Shown: positions 29,119 to 44,033 of the stretch, in pieces
How positions within the stretch are numbered: position 1 is the stretch's first letter
Layout of the letters: every line of letters begins with the position of its first letter
Assembly: GCA_947644645.1 (NCBI GenBank)
Contig: CANSAF010000006.1
Span: 14,917 to 78,916 of the forward strand
DNA length: 64,000 nucleotides
Reading direction: 5' to 3'
Source of the DNA: an uncultured Sporosarcina sp.
GTDB taxonomy: Bacteria; Bacillota; Bacilli; Bacillales_A; Planococcaceae
Program-made: the position numbers and the translations under genes
Notes under the pieces: model-generated
What the model saw: only the letters and a program-made list of their open reading frames with translations
Databases searched by the model: none
Told to the model about the DNA's origin: nothing

Positions 29119-29604
29119 TTATCTTTCGTAGTCGCCGTTTTTTCCGCCTGTTTTTTTCATTAACATCGTTTGACCGATAATCATTTCTTTGCCGACTGCT
29201 TTACACATATCGTAAATAGTCAGTGCGGCAGCAGAAGCAGCTGTTAATGCTTCCATTTCAACACCTGTAAAGCCTTTTGTTTTCACTTCAGATTGAATCA
29301 AAATTTCGAAATGATTCGTTTCACGGTCAATAAACCAATCGAATTGTACATCGATTCCCGTTAGAGGGAGTGGATGGCACATTGGAATGATTGTTGCAGT
29401 ATTTTTAGCTGCCATGACAGCGGCAATTTGTGCGACTGCAAAAACATCACCTTTTTTATTTGTTCCTTCGGCAATTTGGTTGTAAATTTCTTCATTAACA
29501 ATAATTGATGATTTTGCGATAGCGACACGTACTGTTTCTTCTTTATGAGAAACGTCTACCATTTTGGCGCGACCTTGTTCATTAAAATGCGTTAGTTTAG
29601 ACAA
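29119..29604 (-). CDS. moaC: Cyclic pyranopterin monophosphate synthase
   Basis: LTHF...[42 protein letters not shown]. Confidence 0.96.
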   Translation of the reverse strand: MSKLTHFNEQGRAKMVDVSHKEETVRVAIAKSSIIVNEEIYNQIAEGTNKKGDVFAVAQIAAVMAAKNTATIIPMCHPLPLTGIDVQFDWFIDRETNHFEILIQSEVKTKGFTGVEMEALTAASAAALTIYDMCKAVGKEMIIGQTMLMKKTGGKNGDYER

Positions 29605-29670
29605 ATCACTTCAATCCTTTCGAGAAGATTTACTTAAAGTATAGCAGAAATAGAGGGGGAAATTATAGCA

Positions 29671-30930
29671 ATGCAGTCATTGATGAGAAAACCAATTCCA
29701 GTAAAAGAAGCCATTCAAAAAGTGATAGAATCCACAAGTTTAATAGGCATTGAAAAAGTGAAATTGGAAGAAGCTTATGGCCGTGTGTTAAGAGAACCAA
29801 TTATTGCTAAACATGATGTGCCACCATTTGACCGTTCACCTTATGATGGCTTTGCAATTCGAGCAGAAGATTCTACTGGGGCATCAGGAAATCAACGGAT
29901 TGAATTTCAAGTCATTGATGAAATTGGTGCGGGATATGTTGCGCGTCGCGGCCTTGAAAAAGGTGAAGCGATTCGTATTATGACAGGTGCGCCTATTCCA
30001 GAAAATGCGGATGCTGTTGTCATGTTAGAACAAACGGTTGAAGCGGAAAATACATTTACATTAAGAAAGCAATTTGAAGCTGGAGAAAATATTTCTGTTC
30101 AAGGAGAAGATGCGAAAGAAGGCGAAGTGTTAATTGAAGAAGGTGAAGTTATTCATCCAGGTACAACCGCTTTACTTGCCACATTCGGTTATGCGGAAGT
30201 AACTGTTGCTAAGAAGCCAGTTGTCGGTATTTTATCAACAGGTACTGAACTTCTTGAAGTAGATGAACCGTTAACACCAGGAAAAATTCGAAACTCCAAC
30301 GGTCCGATGATTGCAGCACAACTGAAGCGTATGGATATTCCTTATCAATCTTACGGAATGCTTGGAGACGATTTGGAAGCTTGTTTAAGTACTGTAAAAA
30401 AAGCTTTGGCAGAAACGGATGTACTCATTACAACAGGCGGCGTTTCCGTCGGTGATTATGATTATTTACCGGCGATTTATGAGCGATTAGGTGCCGAAGT
30501 TTTATTTAATAAAGTGGCGATGCGTCCTGGCAGTGTAACGACAGTTGCGGTTTTAGGTGAACAAGTATTATTTGGTTTATCGGGAAATCCTTCCGCTTGT
30601 TTTACTGGTTTTGAATTATTTACACGTCCTGCATTACTCAAGATGATGGGGGCTAATAAGTTATATATGCCGAGAATGCAAGCGATACTTGGAGATGATT
30701 TTTCGAAGCCGAATCCGTTTACGCGTTTTATTCGCGCGGTTTTGGAAATGACTGATGAAGGGATGATCGCTACACCAGCAGGGTTCAATAAATCGAGTGC
30801 GGTTTCATCGATTGCTCGGGGAAATTGTATCATTGTTTTACCAAGTGGTACGCGAGGTTACACGAAAGGTGCGACGGTTGATCTTTTACTTCTCGGAAGT
30901 GAGACCGGTGTTTCGACATGGGATCTATGA
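29671..30930 (+). CDS. moeA: Molybdopterin molybdenumtransferase (gephyrin-like)
   Basis: PPFDRSPYDGFA, IMTGAP, STGTEL, TGGVSVGDYD, GLSGNPSA. Confidence 0.95.
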   Translation: MQSLMRKPIPVKEAIQKVIESTSLIGIEKVKLEEAYGRVLREPIIAKHDVPPFDRSPYDGFAIRAEDSTGASGNQRIEFQVIDEIGAGYVARRGLEKGEAIRIMTGAPIPENADAVVMLEQTVEAENTFTLRKQFEAGENISVQGEDAKEGEVLIEEGEVIHPGTTALLATFGYAEVTVAKKPVVGILSTGTELLEVDEPLTPGKIRNSNGPMIAAQLKRMDIPYQSYGMLGDDLEACLSTVKKALAETDVLITTGGVSVGDYDYLPAIYERLGAEVLFNKVAMRPGSVTTVAVLGEQVLFGLSGNPSACFTGFELFTRPALLKMMGANKLYMPRMQAILGDDFSKPNPFTRFIRAVLEMTDEGMIATPAGFNKSSAVSSIARGNCIIVLPSGTRGYTKGATVDLLLLGSETGVSTWDL

Positions 30931-31409
30931 AGGTTTTACAAGTCGTCGGCTTTAAAAATAGTGGCAAAACAACATTGATTTCACGTTGGATTCGTTTATT
31001 AAAAGAACAAGGGAAAACAGTTGCTGTCATCAAGCATCATGGACATCCTTCGGCGCTAGAACGTCCAGCCGAGCATACAGATGGTGTACAATATATAGAC
31101 AATGGTGCTCAATCTTCAGTCGTTGCTGGAGGTGGCGGTGCGCAAATATTATTGAATGAAGAACCGAATTTCACACAGTTAATGGCGTACGTCAAAATCA
31201 ATGAACCAGATGTTTTATTGATAGAAGGATTTAAAAAAGAACATCAACGAAAAGTAGTTTTATTGCGACAACAAGAAGATTGGGACGATCTACAGCAATT
31301 AACGAATATCGAAAAAGTTTTTCCGCATCGTGAAAAAGAAGGTTTTCCTTATTTGACAGACGAAGAGATAGATAAGTGGTTTTTACAATGGGTAAGGGAG
31401 CAATTATGA
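30927..31409 (+). CDS. mobB: Molybdopterin-guanine dinucleotide biosynthesis protein B
   Basis: VVGFKNSGKTT, VIKHHGH, LIEGFK; ATGA overlap with moeA. Confidence 0.9.
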   Translation: MKVLQVVGFKNSGKTTLISRWIRLLKEQGKTVAVIKHHGHPSALERPAEHTDGVQYIDNGAQSSVVAGGGGAQILLNEEPNFTQLMAYVKINEPDVLLIEGFKKEHQRKVVLLRQQEDWDDLQQLTNIEKVFPHREKEGFPYLTDEEIDKWFLQWVREQL

Positions 31410-31858
31410 TGAAAGCGTTTGAAATTGTCGAAGAACCAATTGAAATTCAAAAATATGCAGATTATGTACTCCATGCAGGTGCGGGTGCTGTAACAATTTT
31501 CACAGGAAATGTGCGCGAGTGGACACATGGCGTACGCACATTATATTTAGCTTATGAAGCATATATTCCAATGGCAGAGAAAAAACTTGCTGAGATTGGT
31601 GCTGAAATGGAAGAGAAATGGCCAGACATAAAAGTTTCGATTGTGCATCGAATTGGCGAACTCAAAATTTCCGATATTGCTGTTTTAATTGCAGTGTCAT
31701 CACCCCATAGAAAAGCGGCATATGAGGCCAATGAATATGCAATTGAGCGTATTAAAGAAGTTGTGCCAATTTGGAAAAAAGAAATTTGGGAAGACGGGGA
31801 AGAATGGATTGGTGCTCAGAAAAAATATCCGACGAAAGGAAAAAAATCAAATGATTAA
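31406..31858 (+). CDS. moaE: Molybdopterin synthase catalytic subunit
   Basis: F.GNVRE, YEAY.PMA, HRIG, SSPHR, IKE.VPIWKKE. Confidence 0.94.
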   Translation: MMKAFEIVEEPIEIQKYADYVLHAGAGAVTIFTGNVREWTHGVRTLYLAYEAYIPMAEKKLAEIGAEMEEKWPDIKVSIVHRIGELKISDIAVLIAVSSPHRKAAYEANEYAIERIKEVVPIWKKEIWEDGEEWIGAQKKYPTKGKKSND

Positions 31859-32084
31859 AGTATTTTATTTTGCACGTTTAAGAGAATTAACGGGAAAAGC
31901 AGAAGAAATTATCGAAGAAAAAGCCATGACTGTTGAACAACTTTTAGATTGGGCGGAAGAAAAATATCCTGGGTTTGGCAAAGATATGATCCATGTCGCG
32001 GTCAATGAAGAATATGCGCTTCAAGAAGATATCATTCAATCAGGCGATACTTGTGCATTTATTCCGCCAGTGAGTGGTGGATGA
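31851..32084 (+). CDS. moaD: Molybdopterin synthase sulfur carrier subunit
   Basis: MIKVFYFARLRE...AVNEEY...IPPVSGG (C-terminal GG); the ORF track over-extends the start to 31689. Confidence 0.94.
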   Translation: MIKVFYFARLRELTGKAEEIIEEKAMTVEQLLDWAEEKYPGFGKDMIHVAVNEEYALQEDIIQSGDTCAFIPPVSGG

Positions 32085-32659
32085 AAACGATTGGAATTGT
32101 ATTAGCTGGAGGATTATCGAGAAGATTTGGCTCGCCAAAAGCATTTGCAGAGCTAAATGGCAAACACTTCTATGAATATGCAGTTGAAGCGCTTATACCT
32201 TATTGTGACGACATTATAATTGTGACAAGACCGGATTTTATAAATCGGTTTCCAAAGCAATTCAATGTCATCACAGATGAACCAGATTATTTCGGGGAAG
32301 GTCCACTTGCTGGAATTTATAGCGCAATGAAAAATGAAGAAGCGACGCGCTATATTGTGCTACCTTGTGATATGCCTTATATGAACGCTTCTTTAATTGG
32401 TAAATTCATCGAGTATGCTGAAGGAAATATTATCGCAGTAAAACTAAATGGTCAATATCACCCACTTGTATCGATTTGGCCGCACGGGATCGTAAAAGAT
32501 TTAAAAAACACATTAGATCGGAAACAACTTCGTGTGACACCATTTTTGGAAAGCGTTCAAGTAAAGTGGATAGATGGGGATCTGCTTGCGAAAGATTCAA
32601 CCATCAGACTGAAAAATATTAATCGTCAAACGGATTTAGAAAGAGGTGATAAAAGATGA
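32081..32659 (+). CDS. mobA: Molybdenum cofactor guanylyltransferase
   Basis: [29 protein letters not shown]. Confidence 0.92.
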   Translation: MKTIGIVLAGGLSRRFGSPKAFAELNGKHFYEYAVEALIPYCDDIIIVTRPDFINRFPKQFNVITDEPDYFGEGPLAGIYSAMKNEEATRYIVLPCDMPYMNASLIGKFIEYAEGNIIAVKLNGQYHPLVSIWPHGIVKDLKNTLDRKQLRVTPFLESVQVKWIDGDLLAKDSTIRLKNINRQTDLERGDKR

Positions 32660-33666
32660 ATGCAATTGTCGATAAGCTTGGCAGACCTATTCGAGATTTA
32701 AGAATATCGGTTACAGATCGTTGTAATTTCCGTTGCACATATTGTATGCCGAAAGAAATTTTTGGCGATGATTATGCATTTTTGCCGAAAAATGAGCTTT
32801 TATCATTCGAGGAAATTGAACAATTTGCACGGATCTTTGCAAGACTAGGCGTAAGAAAACTTCGTATTACAGGTGGAGAACCACTGATGCGTAAAGACAT
32901 TGCAAAACTGATTGAACGTCTTTTAAAAATTGAAGGCATTGAAGATATCGGACTGACGACAAATGCCGTTTTATTACGTCAACACGGAAAAGCGCTTTAT
33001 GAGGCGGGACTCCGTCGATTAAATATTAGTTTGGACGCATTAGACCCAGAAGTATTTGGCACTATAAATGGTCGTGGTGTAAAGCCAGACTTCATTTTGA
33101 AAAATATTGAGTATGCACAGCAATTAGGCTTTGAAATTAAAGTCAATATGGTTGTTGAAAAAGGTGTTAACGAACAAGAAATTATTCCAATGGCAACTTA
33201 TTTTAAAGAACGTGGTATTATGCTAAGGTTTATTGAGTTTATGGATGTTGGCAATGACAATGGATGGAGTTTTAAAAAGGTCGTCACAAAACAAGAAATT
33301 TATCGTCTTTTAAAAGAGACATTTCATATAGAACCAGCTGAACAACATTATTACGGAGAAGTTGCAAAACGTTATCGATACAAAGATAATGACGTAGAAG
33401 TAGGTTTTATCACTTCTGTTTCAGAGTCATTTTGTTCGACTTGCACAAGAGCGCGATTATCTTCTGATGGAAAACTATTTACTTGTTTATTTGCTTCAGA
33501 TGGCTTCGATTTAAAGTCTTTAATTCGCAGTGGGCAGACAGAAGAAGCATTGGCTGAAGCGATTCAGAAAGTTTGGGCAGGACGTGCGGATCGTTATTCA
33601 GATGAAAGAACCGAACAAACGGCAAAAAATCGTAAAAAAATTGGTATGGGTTATATTGGTGGATAA
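32656..33666 (+). CDS. moaA: GTP 3',8-cyclase (radical SAM)
   Basis: [23 protein letters not shown]...C, C-terminal IGG. Confidence 0.97.
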   Translation: MNAIVDKLGRPIRDLRISVTDRCNFRCTYCMPKEIFGDDYAFLPKNELLSFEEIEQFARIFARLGVRKLRITGGEPLMRKDIAKLIERLLKIEGIEDIGLTTNAVLLRQHGKALYEAGLRRLNISLDALDPEVFGTINGRGVKPDFILKNIEYAQQLGFEIKVNMVVEKGVNEQEIIPMATYFKERGIMLRFIEFMDVGNDNGWSFKKVVTKQEIYRLLKETFHIEPAEQHYYGEVAKRYRYKDNDVEVGFITSVSESFCSTCTRARLSSDGKLFTCLFASDGFDLKSLIRSGQTEEALAEAIQKVWAGRADRYSDERTEQTAKNRKKIGMGYIGG

Positions 33667-33702
33667 GCATTCTTAAAAAAGAGAAAAAGCGGGGGATTGG
33701 CG

Positions 33703-34665
33703 ATGAAGCAAATTGTATATATTACAAGAAAACTACCAGAAGAAGTCGTTGCACCGTTACGAGAGAAGTTTACCGTACGCATGTGGGAAGAAGAGGAGAT
33801 TGTTGTCCCAAAAGAAATATTACTAGAAGAAGCAAAGTCAGCACATGCGTTATGGACAACAATTACTGACCAAATTACGCGAGAAGTAATGGAAAATGCA
33901 CCGAATTTAAAAGTCGTCTCTAATTTTGCAGTTGGCTTTAATAATATTGATATTAAAGCAGCTAAAGAGCTTGGCATTACGGTAACGAATACACCAAATG
34001 TTTTAACGGAAACAACTGCGGACCTTGCATTTGCTTTACTGCTTGCATCTGGTCGTCGAATTACAGAAGCCGAAGCGATGTTACGTGGTGGCAAGTGGAC
34101 GTCTTGGTCACCGATGCAATTAACGGGCATGGATGTCTTTGGCGCTACGCTAGGCATTGTTGGAATGGGGAGAATTGGCGAAGCCGTTGCGAAACGCGCA
34201 AGAGGCTTTGAAATGAATATTTTGTATCATAACCGCACGCGTAAAATGGATACAGAAGAAATGTATGGCTATGAGTATGTGGATTTAGATGATTTATTAA
34301 AGCGTGCTGATTTTGTGTTAATTTTAGCGCCATTAACGGAAAAGACGAAGAACTTAATTGCCAAAAGAGAATTAAGTTTAATGAAGGAAACGGCTGTTTT
34401 AGTAAATGCTTCACGTGGAGGCATTGTCAATGAACAGGATCTGTATGAAGCGCTTAAAGCGGGAGAAATTTGGAGTGCAGGCTTAGATGTATTTGAAACG
34501 GAACCAGTTTCTGTCGATCATCCACTGTTGACACTGCCGAATGTTACCGCACTTCCGCATATTGGAAGCGCTAGTATTCAAACGCGATTAGCAATGATGA
34601 AATTAAATGAACGAGCAATTGGTGATGTATTAGAAGGTCGCGTCCCAAATCATATTGTCGTTTAA
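33703..34665 (+). CDS. D-2-hydroxyacid dehydrogenase (glyoxylate/hydroxypyruvate reductase-like)
   Basis: AVGFNNID, NTP.VLT.TTAD, GMGRIG, NASRG, LDVF..EP, PHIGSA. Confidence 0.88.
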   Translation: MKQIVYITRKLPEEVVAPLREKFTVRMWEEEEIVVPKEILLEEAKSAHALWTTITDQITREVMENAPNLKVVSNFAVGFNNIDIKAAKELGITVTNTPNVLTETTADLAFALLLASGRRITEAEAMLRGGKWTSWSPMQLTGMDVFGATLGIVGMGRIGEAVAKRARGFEMNILYHNRTRKMDTEEMYGYEYVDLDDLLKRADFVLILAPLTEKTKNLIAKRELSLMKETAVLVNASRGGIVNEQDLYEALKAGEIWSAGLDVFETEPVSVDHPLLTLPNVTALPHIGSASIQTRLAMMKLNERAIGDVLEGRVPNHIVV

Positions 34666-34676
34666 TTCCGAAAGAG

Positions 34677-34722
34677 GCATTCAGAAAAAGTGTTTTTTAT
34701 CACTTTCTGAATGCTTTTTTTC
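34677..34722 (+). terminator. Intrinsic terminator (dispersed palindrome family)
   Basis: GCATTCAGAAAAAGTG...CACTTTCTGAATGC-TTTTTTT. Confidence 0.75.
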
Positions 34723-34800
34723 TTGGAAAAAGGGAATGGTTCATTAATTAGAGAATAGGCTATAGAAGGTCATTTTATATTCATGAAAGGGGTGTTTTCA

Positions 34801-36000
34801 TTGGATTTTACATTTACTGAAGAGCAAAACATGTTGCGTAAGACCGTTCGTACTTTTGTTGACAAGGAAATTATGCCCAATATTGCAAAATGGGATAGAG
34901 AAGGGGCATTTGATCCAAAAATTTATAAAAGGCTGGCGGATCTTGGGTTAATGGGTGTTTGTGTTCCGACAAAATATGGTGGGAGTGGGATGGATTATAA
35001 CGCGCTTGCCATTGTTTGTGAAGAATTAGAACGTGGAGATACGGCTTTTCGAACGGCGGTTTCCGTTCATATCGGATTAAATAGTTTATCACTTTTACAG
35101 TGGGGAAATGACATGCAAAAAGAAAAGTATTTAATTCCACAAGCAAAAGGAAAGAAAATCGGTGCATTCGGCTTAACAGAACCTGCTGCAGGTTCGGATG
35201 TTGTCGCTTTACAAACGACTGCTGTCAAACAAGGGGATTATTATCTTTTAAATGGACAAAAAACTTGGATTTCTCTATGTGATGTGGCCGATCATTTTTT
35301 AGTTTTTGCTTATACGGGAGATCGGGCGAAAAAGCATCAGTCAATCTCTGCATTTATTGTTGAAAGGACTTGGGAAGGTTTTTCATCTGTTGCGACGAAA
35401 GGGAAACTCGGAATACGTGCAGGAAATACAGGGGAATTATTTTTTGAAGATGTCAAAGTTCCAAAAGAAAATTTACTTGGAGAAGAAGGAGAAGGTTTTA
35501 AAATTGCCATGTCTGCGCTTGATAATGGACGTTTCACAGTTGCTGCTGGAGCGGTTGGGCAAATCGAGGCTTGTATAGAAGCGAGCATTCAGTACTGTAA
35601 AACAAGAAAAACATTCGGTAAAGAAATTGGCAAACATCAACTTGTCCAACAAATGCTTGCCAATATGGAAGCAGGTTATCAAATGAGTCGTCTTCTAGTT
35701 TATAAAGCTGGAGAAATGAAAAATAAAGGCATTCGCAATACAAGAGAAACTTCTTTAGCTAAATGGCAAGCTTGTAATTTTGCCAATCAAGCAGCAGATG
35801 ATGCAGTGCAAATTCATGGTGCATATGGCTTTTCAGACGAGTATCCAGTGGAACGTTATTTAAGAAATTCTAAAGCACCTGTCATTTATGAAGGAACAAG
35901 AGAAATTCATACAATTATGCAAGCAGAGTATTTATTGGGAGAGCGGGAAGATAAAGTATTAAATAAAATGTTACCTTCTTGGGAAAAGGAGATTCAATAA
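34801..36000 (+). CDS. Acyl-CoA dehydrogenase family protein
   Basis: GAFGLTEPAAGSD, NGQKTWIS, KLGIRA, LDNGR, HGAYGF, YEGTREIH; TTG start after GAAAGGGG. Confidence 0.9.
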   Translation: MDFTFTEEQNMLRKTVRTFVDKEIMPNIAKWDREGAFDPKIYKRLADLGLMGVCVPTKYGGSGMDYNALAIVCEELERGDTAFRTAVSVHIGLNSLSLLQWGNDMQKEKYLIPQAKGKKIGAFGLTEPAAGSDVVALQTTAVKQGDYYLLNGQKTWISLCDVADHFLVFAYTGDRAKKHQSISAFIVERTWEGFSSVATKGKLGIRAGNTGELFFEDVKVPKENLLGEEGEGFKIAMSALDNGRFTVAAGAVGQIEACIEASIQYCKTRKTFGKEIGKHQLVQQMLANMEAGYQMSRLLVYKAGEMKNKGIRNTRETSLAKWQACNFANQAADDAVQIHGAYGFSDEYPVERYLRNSKAPVIYEGTREIHTIMQAEYLLGEREDKVLNKMLPSWEKEIQ

Positions 36001-36073
36001 TTCAGACTTTTTACGCAAAAATAAAAATATTTGAAGAAAATGTGACGTAAAAAGAATGTTGTCATGAGAACAT

Positions 36074-36162
36074 TGTAAGCGGATTCAGCAAATGTTAATT
36101 ATTCCAAATTGACATTCAATTCAAAGAAATCAGTTGACTATAAATTGAATACGGGGTAAGAT
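36074..36162 (+). promoter_or_regulatory. cre site and SigA promoter of the ilv-leu operon
   Basis: TGTAAGCGGATTCA (36074-36087); TTGACT (36134-36139), 17 bp, TAAGAT (36157-36162). Confidence 0.75.
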
Positions 36163-36261
36163 AGCATCAATCACAAACGAGCACGATATTTATTTTATCG
36201 TTCTCAAACAAAAATAAAATTTAAAGGACAATGAATCGTTCATATCCTTTATGATAAAAGA

Positions 36262-36548
36262 AATCGTTGATGAGGTTAAAGTAAATAGATTCTTGTATTT
36301 CCAGAGAGTCGGTATTGGTGTGAACCGACAATACAACTATTTGCGACATCCCCTCGGAGAGAATGGCTGAATGAAATATTCTACTAGGTCATTCCGGGCG
36401 TAACAGTTTACGCTCGTTAACAAAGAATAGAGTCATTGATTCTATTCACGAGGCAGTGTAATTTTGCTGCAAACAAGGGTGGTACCATGAAAGCTTTTTC
36501 ATCCCTGTGTAAAGAATATCTTTGCGCGGGGTTTGAGAGAGCTTTTTT
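36262..36548 (+). ncRNA. T-box riboswitch leader (specifier probably AUC/Ile)
   Basis: Stem I with GA motif, AGTA, CAGAGAG and GGTGTGAA; T-box AAGGGTGGTACCATG (36475-36489); terminator with T tract ending about 36548. Confidence 0.93.
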
Positions 36549-36588
36549 ATATTGACTGGTTAAAAAATACGTCAGGAGGAGTTTTGCA

Positions 36589-38339
36589 ATGAATACTGGA
36601 GGTCAGGCAGTGAAAGTATTAAATGATGAACCTAAACATGTCGAGGAAAACAAGCAAGTGATTGATGGGTCAGCAGTACTCATTCAAGCTTTAAAAGATC
36701 AAGGGGTAGACGTTGTCTTTGGCTATCCTGGCGGTGCGGTACTTCCAATTTACGATGCATTATATAAAAATCCAATTAAACATATACTTGCTCGTCACGA
36801 ACAAGGCGCGATTCATGCAGCAGAAGGATATGCACGTGTTTCAGGAAAAACGGGTGTGGTCATTGCGACATCTGGACCGGGTGCTACGAATCTTGTAACA
36901 GGAATTACAGATGCAATGATGGATTCTTTGCCACTGGTTATTTTCACAGGGCAAGTTGCTCAAGGCGTTATTGGAACAGATGCATTCCAAGAAGCTGATA
37001 TTATCGGAATTACGCAACCTATTACAAAATATAATTGCCAAGTTACAAGTTTGAAAGACTTGCCAAGGATAGTTAAAGAAGCTTTTCATATTGCGTCTAC
37101 AGGTCGAAAAGGTCCTGTGCTCGTAGATATACCAAAAAACATTGCTACTGAATTATTTGAACCAACGGAAGATGATAATTCTGATGAAGTGAATTTACCA
37201 GGCTATCAACCGACGACGAAACCAAATTTCTTACAAGTTCAGAAAGCAGTGAAAGCATTAAGTGAAGCGAAGAAGCCGCTCATTCTTGCAGGTGCAGGAA
37301 TCCTTCATGCAGGTGCTGTAGAAGAATTTAAAACATTTGTTGAAGAACATCAAGTTCCTGTCGTAAATACATTACTTGGTTTAGGAAGTATTCACGGTGA
37401 GCATGACCTGTTTTTTGGAATGGCAGGTATGCATGGGATGTATACGGCGAATAAGGCGCTAAGCGAATGTGATTTACTTCTTAATATTGGTGCAAGATTC
37501 GACGATCGACTTACAATGAACTTGGATAGATTTGCACAAAACGCAAAAGTGATTCACATAGATATTGATCCAGCTGAAATTGGTAAAAACGTTGAAACAG
37601 CTATTCCAATCGTTGCAGACGCAAAAGAAGCATTGAAAGAACTAATTAAACAACAAACAGCATCACCAAGTGCAAAGGAATGGATTGCAGAGTTGCAGCA
37701 ATCAAGGGAAGAATATCCACTTTGGTATAAAGAAGATGCTGAAAATTTATTGCCGCAACAAGCATTAGAGCATATTCACCGCATTACAAAAGGTGAGGCG
37801 ATTGTTACAACAGATGTTGGGCAACATCAAATGTGGACGGCGCAATACTATTCATTAAATAACCCAGATCATTGGGTGACATCTGGTGGACTTGGAACGA
37901 TGGGCTTTGGCTTTCCAGCTGCAATTGGTGCCCAACTAGCGAAGCCAGAAAAAACAGTAGTTTCAGTTGTAGGGGATGCGGGCTTCCAAATGACCGCACA
38001 AGAACTATCTCTACTTCAAGAACTCAGAATACCTGTAAAAGTCGTAATATTGAATAACAGAAGTCTTGGTATGGTGCGACAATGGCAGCAAACATTTTAT
38101 GATGAAAGATATTCGGAGTCACTGATTCCGGTACAACCGGACTTCATAAAATTAGCGGAAGCCTATGATTTAAAAGGTTATCGCATTGAAACAGCTGAAG
38201 AAGCAGAGGCTATTTTCAAAGAAGCACTTCTGTCTGATGAACCTGTTGTCATCGATTGTCGCGTCAAACAACTTGAAAATGTTTATCCAATGGTTGCGCC
38301 AGGTAAAGGGTTGGATGAAATGATTGGGGTGAAAGCATA

Positions 38340-38340
<1 letters not shown>
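36589..38340 (+). CDS. ilvB: Acetolactate synthase large subunit
   Basis: [42 protein letters not shown]...NN...GMVRQWQ. Confidence 0.96.
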
Positions 38341-41455
<3,115 letters not shown>

Positions 41456-41479
41456 TACAACAAGGAAGGAATGGTCGAT

Positions 41480-42580
41480 ATGAGAAAGAAAGTAGCGGTT
41501 TTACCAGGTGACGGAATTGGTCCAGAAGTGATGGAAGCGGCGGTAAAAATTCTACAAGTCATTGGAAGAAGATATAAATGGACATTCGACGTAGAATTCG
41601 GTGCAATTGGTGGAGACGCGATTGAGAAATATAATTCGCCATTCCCGGAAGAAACACGTACGCTTTGTGAAAATAGTGATGCAGTTCTGTTAGGTGCTGT
41701 AGGCGGTCCGAAATGGGATCAAAACCCACCAGAAATGCGTCCGGAAAAAGGATTACTTGCACTGCGAAAACATTTTGATCTGTTCGCAAATTTAAGACCT
41801 GTAGACGCAATTCCTGCGCTTTTAAAAGCATCACCCTTAAAAGAAGAAGTGGCACGAGAAGTTAATTTATTAATCGTTCGTGAATTAACAGGCGGATTAT
41901 ATTTCGGAGAACCGAGTCGAAAAACAGAAAAGTCAGCTGTTGATACACTTGTTTATACGAGAGAAGAGATTGAAAGAATCGTTGATAAAGCATTTGAATT
42001 TGCGCGTCTGCGTAAAGGGAAACTAACGTCGGTTGATAAAGAAAACGTTCTACAATCGAGTAAATTATGGCGTGAAGTTGTGAAGGAAAAAGCAAAAGGT
42101 TATCCAGATGTAGAAGTTGAACATATGCTTGTCGATTCAGCAGCGATGCAGCTTGTCACAAACCCGAGTGCATTTGATGTTGTCGTTACAGAGAATATGT
42201 TTGGCGATATTTTAAGTGATGAAGCATCTGTCATCACGGGATCACTTGGTGTCATGCCATCCGCAAGTTTAGGTGCAGATGGATTTGGCGTTTACGAACC
42301 AGTCCATGGTAGTGCACCACAACTTACAGGACTAGGAAAAGCAAATCCAGCAGCTTCAATTTTATCAGTTGCTATGATGTTAAAATATTCATTTGGTTTA
42401 GAAGAAGCAGCTTCAGCAGTAGAGGAAGCAGTGTATGCAGTGTTTAATGATGATTGCTTTACAGAAGATGTAGCATCGGAAGATCAACGCGCACTTTCAA
42501 CAGCAGAATGGACGGAGAAAGTCATCCATGAACTAGATTTACAATCTGTTTCAGATGATATTATGTTCACTTATATTTAA
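41480..42580 (+). CDS. leuB: 3-isopropylmalate dehydrogenase
   Basis: [43 protein letters not shown]; alternative start 41471. Confidence 0.96.
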   Translation: MRKKVAVLPGDGIGPEVMEAAVKILQVIGRRYKWTFDVEFGAIGGDAIEKYNSPFPEETRTLCENSDAVLLGAVGGPKWDQNPPEMRPEKGLLALRKHFDLFANLRPVDAIPALLKASPLKEEVAREVNLLIVRELTGGLYFGEPSRKTEKSAVDTLVYTREEIERIVDKAFEFARLRKGKLTSVDKENVLQSSKLWREVVKEKAKGYPDVEVEHMLVDSAAMQLVTNPSAFDVVVTENMFGDILSDEASVITGSLGVMPSASLGADGFGVYEPVHGSAPQLTGLGKANPAASILSVAMMLKYSFGLEEAASAVEEAVYAVFNDDCFTEDVASEDQRALSTAEWTEKVIHELDLQSVSDDIMFTYI

Positions 42581-42596
42581 GAAGGGGAAGGGTAAA

Positions 42597-44009
42597 ATGG
42601 CAAAAACAATTATCGAAAAAGTCTGGAATCAACATATTGTACATGAAGAACAAGGGAAGCCTGATTTGCTCTATATCGACCTTCATCTATTACATGAAGT
42701 GACATCGCCGCAAGCTTTTGAAGGATTGCGTCTTGCGAATCGTAAAGTGCGTCGCCCAGATTTATGCTTCGCTACGATGGATCATAATGTTCCGACTAAA
42801 AACTTGCCATTTTTCAACGATCCAATCGCGAAAAAGCAAGTAACGACATTAGAGAAAAACTGTGAGGAATTTGGGATTCAGTTAGCGAATATGGAGCATC
42901 CTGACCAAGGAATTGTGCATATTATTGGTCCGGAACTCGGCTTAACACAACCGGGCAAAACGATTGTTTGTGGAGATAGTCATACATCAACACATGGTGC
43001 GTTTGGTGCGATTGCTTTTGGTATCGGAACGAGTGAAGTTGAACATGTGCTGTCAACGCAAACTTTATGGCAAGCACGTCCAAAAACGATGGAAGTTCGG
43101 ATTAACGGAGAACTAGGTTTTGGCGTAACTGCAAAAGATATTATTTTAGCAATCATTGCCAAATTTGGTATCGATATGGGGAATGGCCATATTATCGAAT
43201 ATACGGGTGAAGCGATTCGCAATTTAACAATGGAAGAACGAATGACCATTTGTAATATGTCTATTGAAGCGGGAGCGAAAGCAGGGTTAATCAGCCCGGA
43301 TGAAACGACAATTGCTTATTTAAAAGGTCGTAAATATGTTCCGTCAGGTGAAGCATTTGACGAAGCTGCGAAAGATTGGTTAGCACTTGCGACAGATGAA
43401 GGCGCAGTTTATGATACCGTCGTTGAAATAGACGCTGATGAAATTGAACCATTTGTCACTTGGGGAACGAATCCGTCAATGGGTTCAGGTATTTCAAATC
43501 GTGTACCTTCAACTAATGATTATTCAACTGAAATTGAGAAAGAAACATTAACGAAAGCGCTCGATTACATGGGACTTGAAGAAAATATGCCGTTAACATC
43601 AATTGATATTCAACATGTCTTTATTGGCTCTTGTACGAATGCGAGATTAAGTGATTTACGCGCTGCTGCAAAAGTAGTAGAAGGCAAAAAAGTGCATCCA
43701 AATGTTACAGCGATTGTTGTACCAGGTTCTCGTACCGTGAAAAAACAAGCTGAAGAAGAAGGATTAGATCAAGTTTTCTTAGAAGCGGGTTTTGAATGGC
43801 GTGAGTCGGGATGTAGTATGTGTTTAGCCATGAATGATGATGTTGTCCCAGCAGGAGAACGTTGTGCTTCGACTTCGAATCGAAACTTTGAAGGACGACA
43901 AGGTACGGGCGCTAGAACACATTTAGTCAGTCCACCAATGGCTGCGGCTGCTGCGGTAAAAGGTCATTTTGTAGATGTAAGAGAAATGAGCGTCACGCAT
44001 GCTGAATAA
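42597..44009 (+). CDS. leuC: 3-isopropylmalate dehydratase large subunit
   Basis: [38 protein letters not shown]. Confidence 0.97.
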   Translation: MAKTIIEKVWNQHIVHEEQGKPDLLYIDLHLLHEVTSPQAFEGLRLANRKVRRPDLCFATMDHNVPTKNLPFFNDPIAKKQVTTLEKNCEEFGIQLANMEHPDQGIVHIIGPELGLTQPGKTIVCGDSHTSTHGAFGAIAFGIGTSEVEHVLSTQTLWQARPKTMEVRINGELGFGVTAKDIILAIIAKFGIDMGNGHIIEYTGEAIRNLTMEERMTICNMSIEAGAKAGLISPDETTIAYLKGRKYVPSGEAFDEAAKDWLALATDEGAVYDTVVEIDADEIEPFVTWGTNPSMGSGISNRVPSTNDYSTEIEKETLTKALDYMGLEENMPLTSIDIQHVFIGSCTNARLSDLRAAAKVVEGKKVHPNVTAIVVPGSRTVKKQAEEEGLDQVFLEAGFEWRESGCSMCLAMNDDVVPAGERCASTSNRNFEGRQGTGARTHLVSPPMAAAAAVKGHFVDVREMSVTHAE

Positions 44010-44033
44010 ATATTTGAAGGGAGCGGCTGATGA

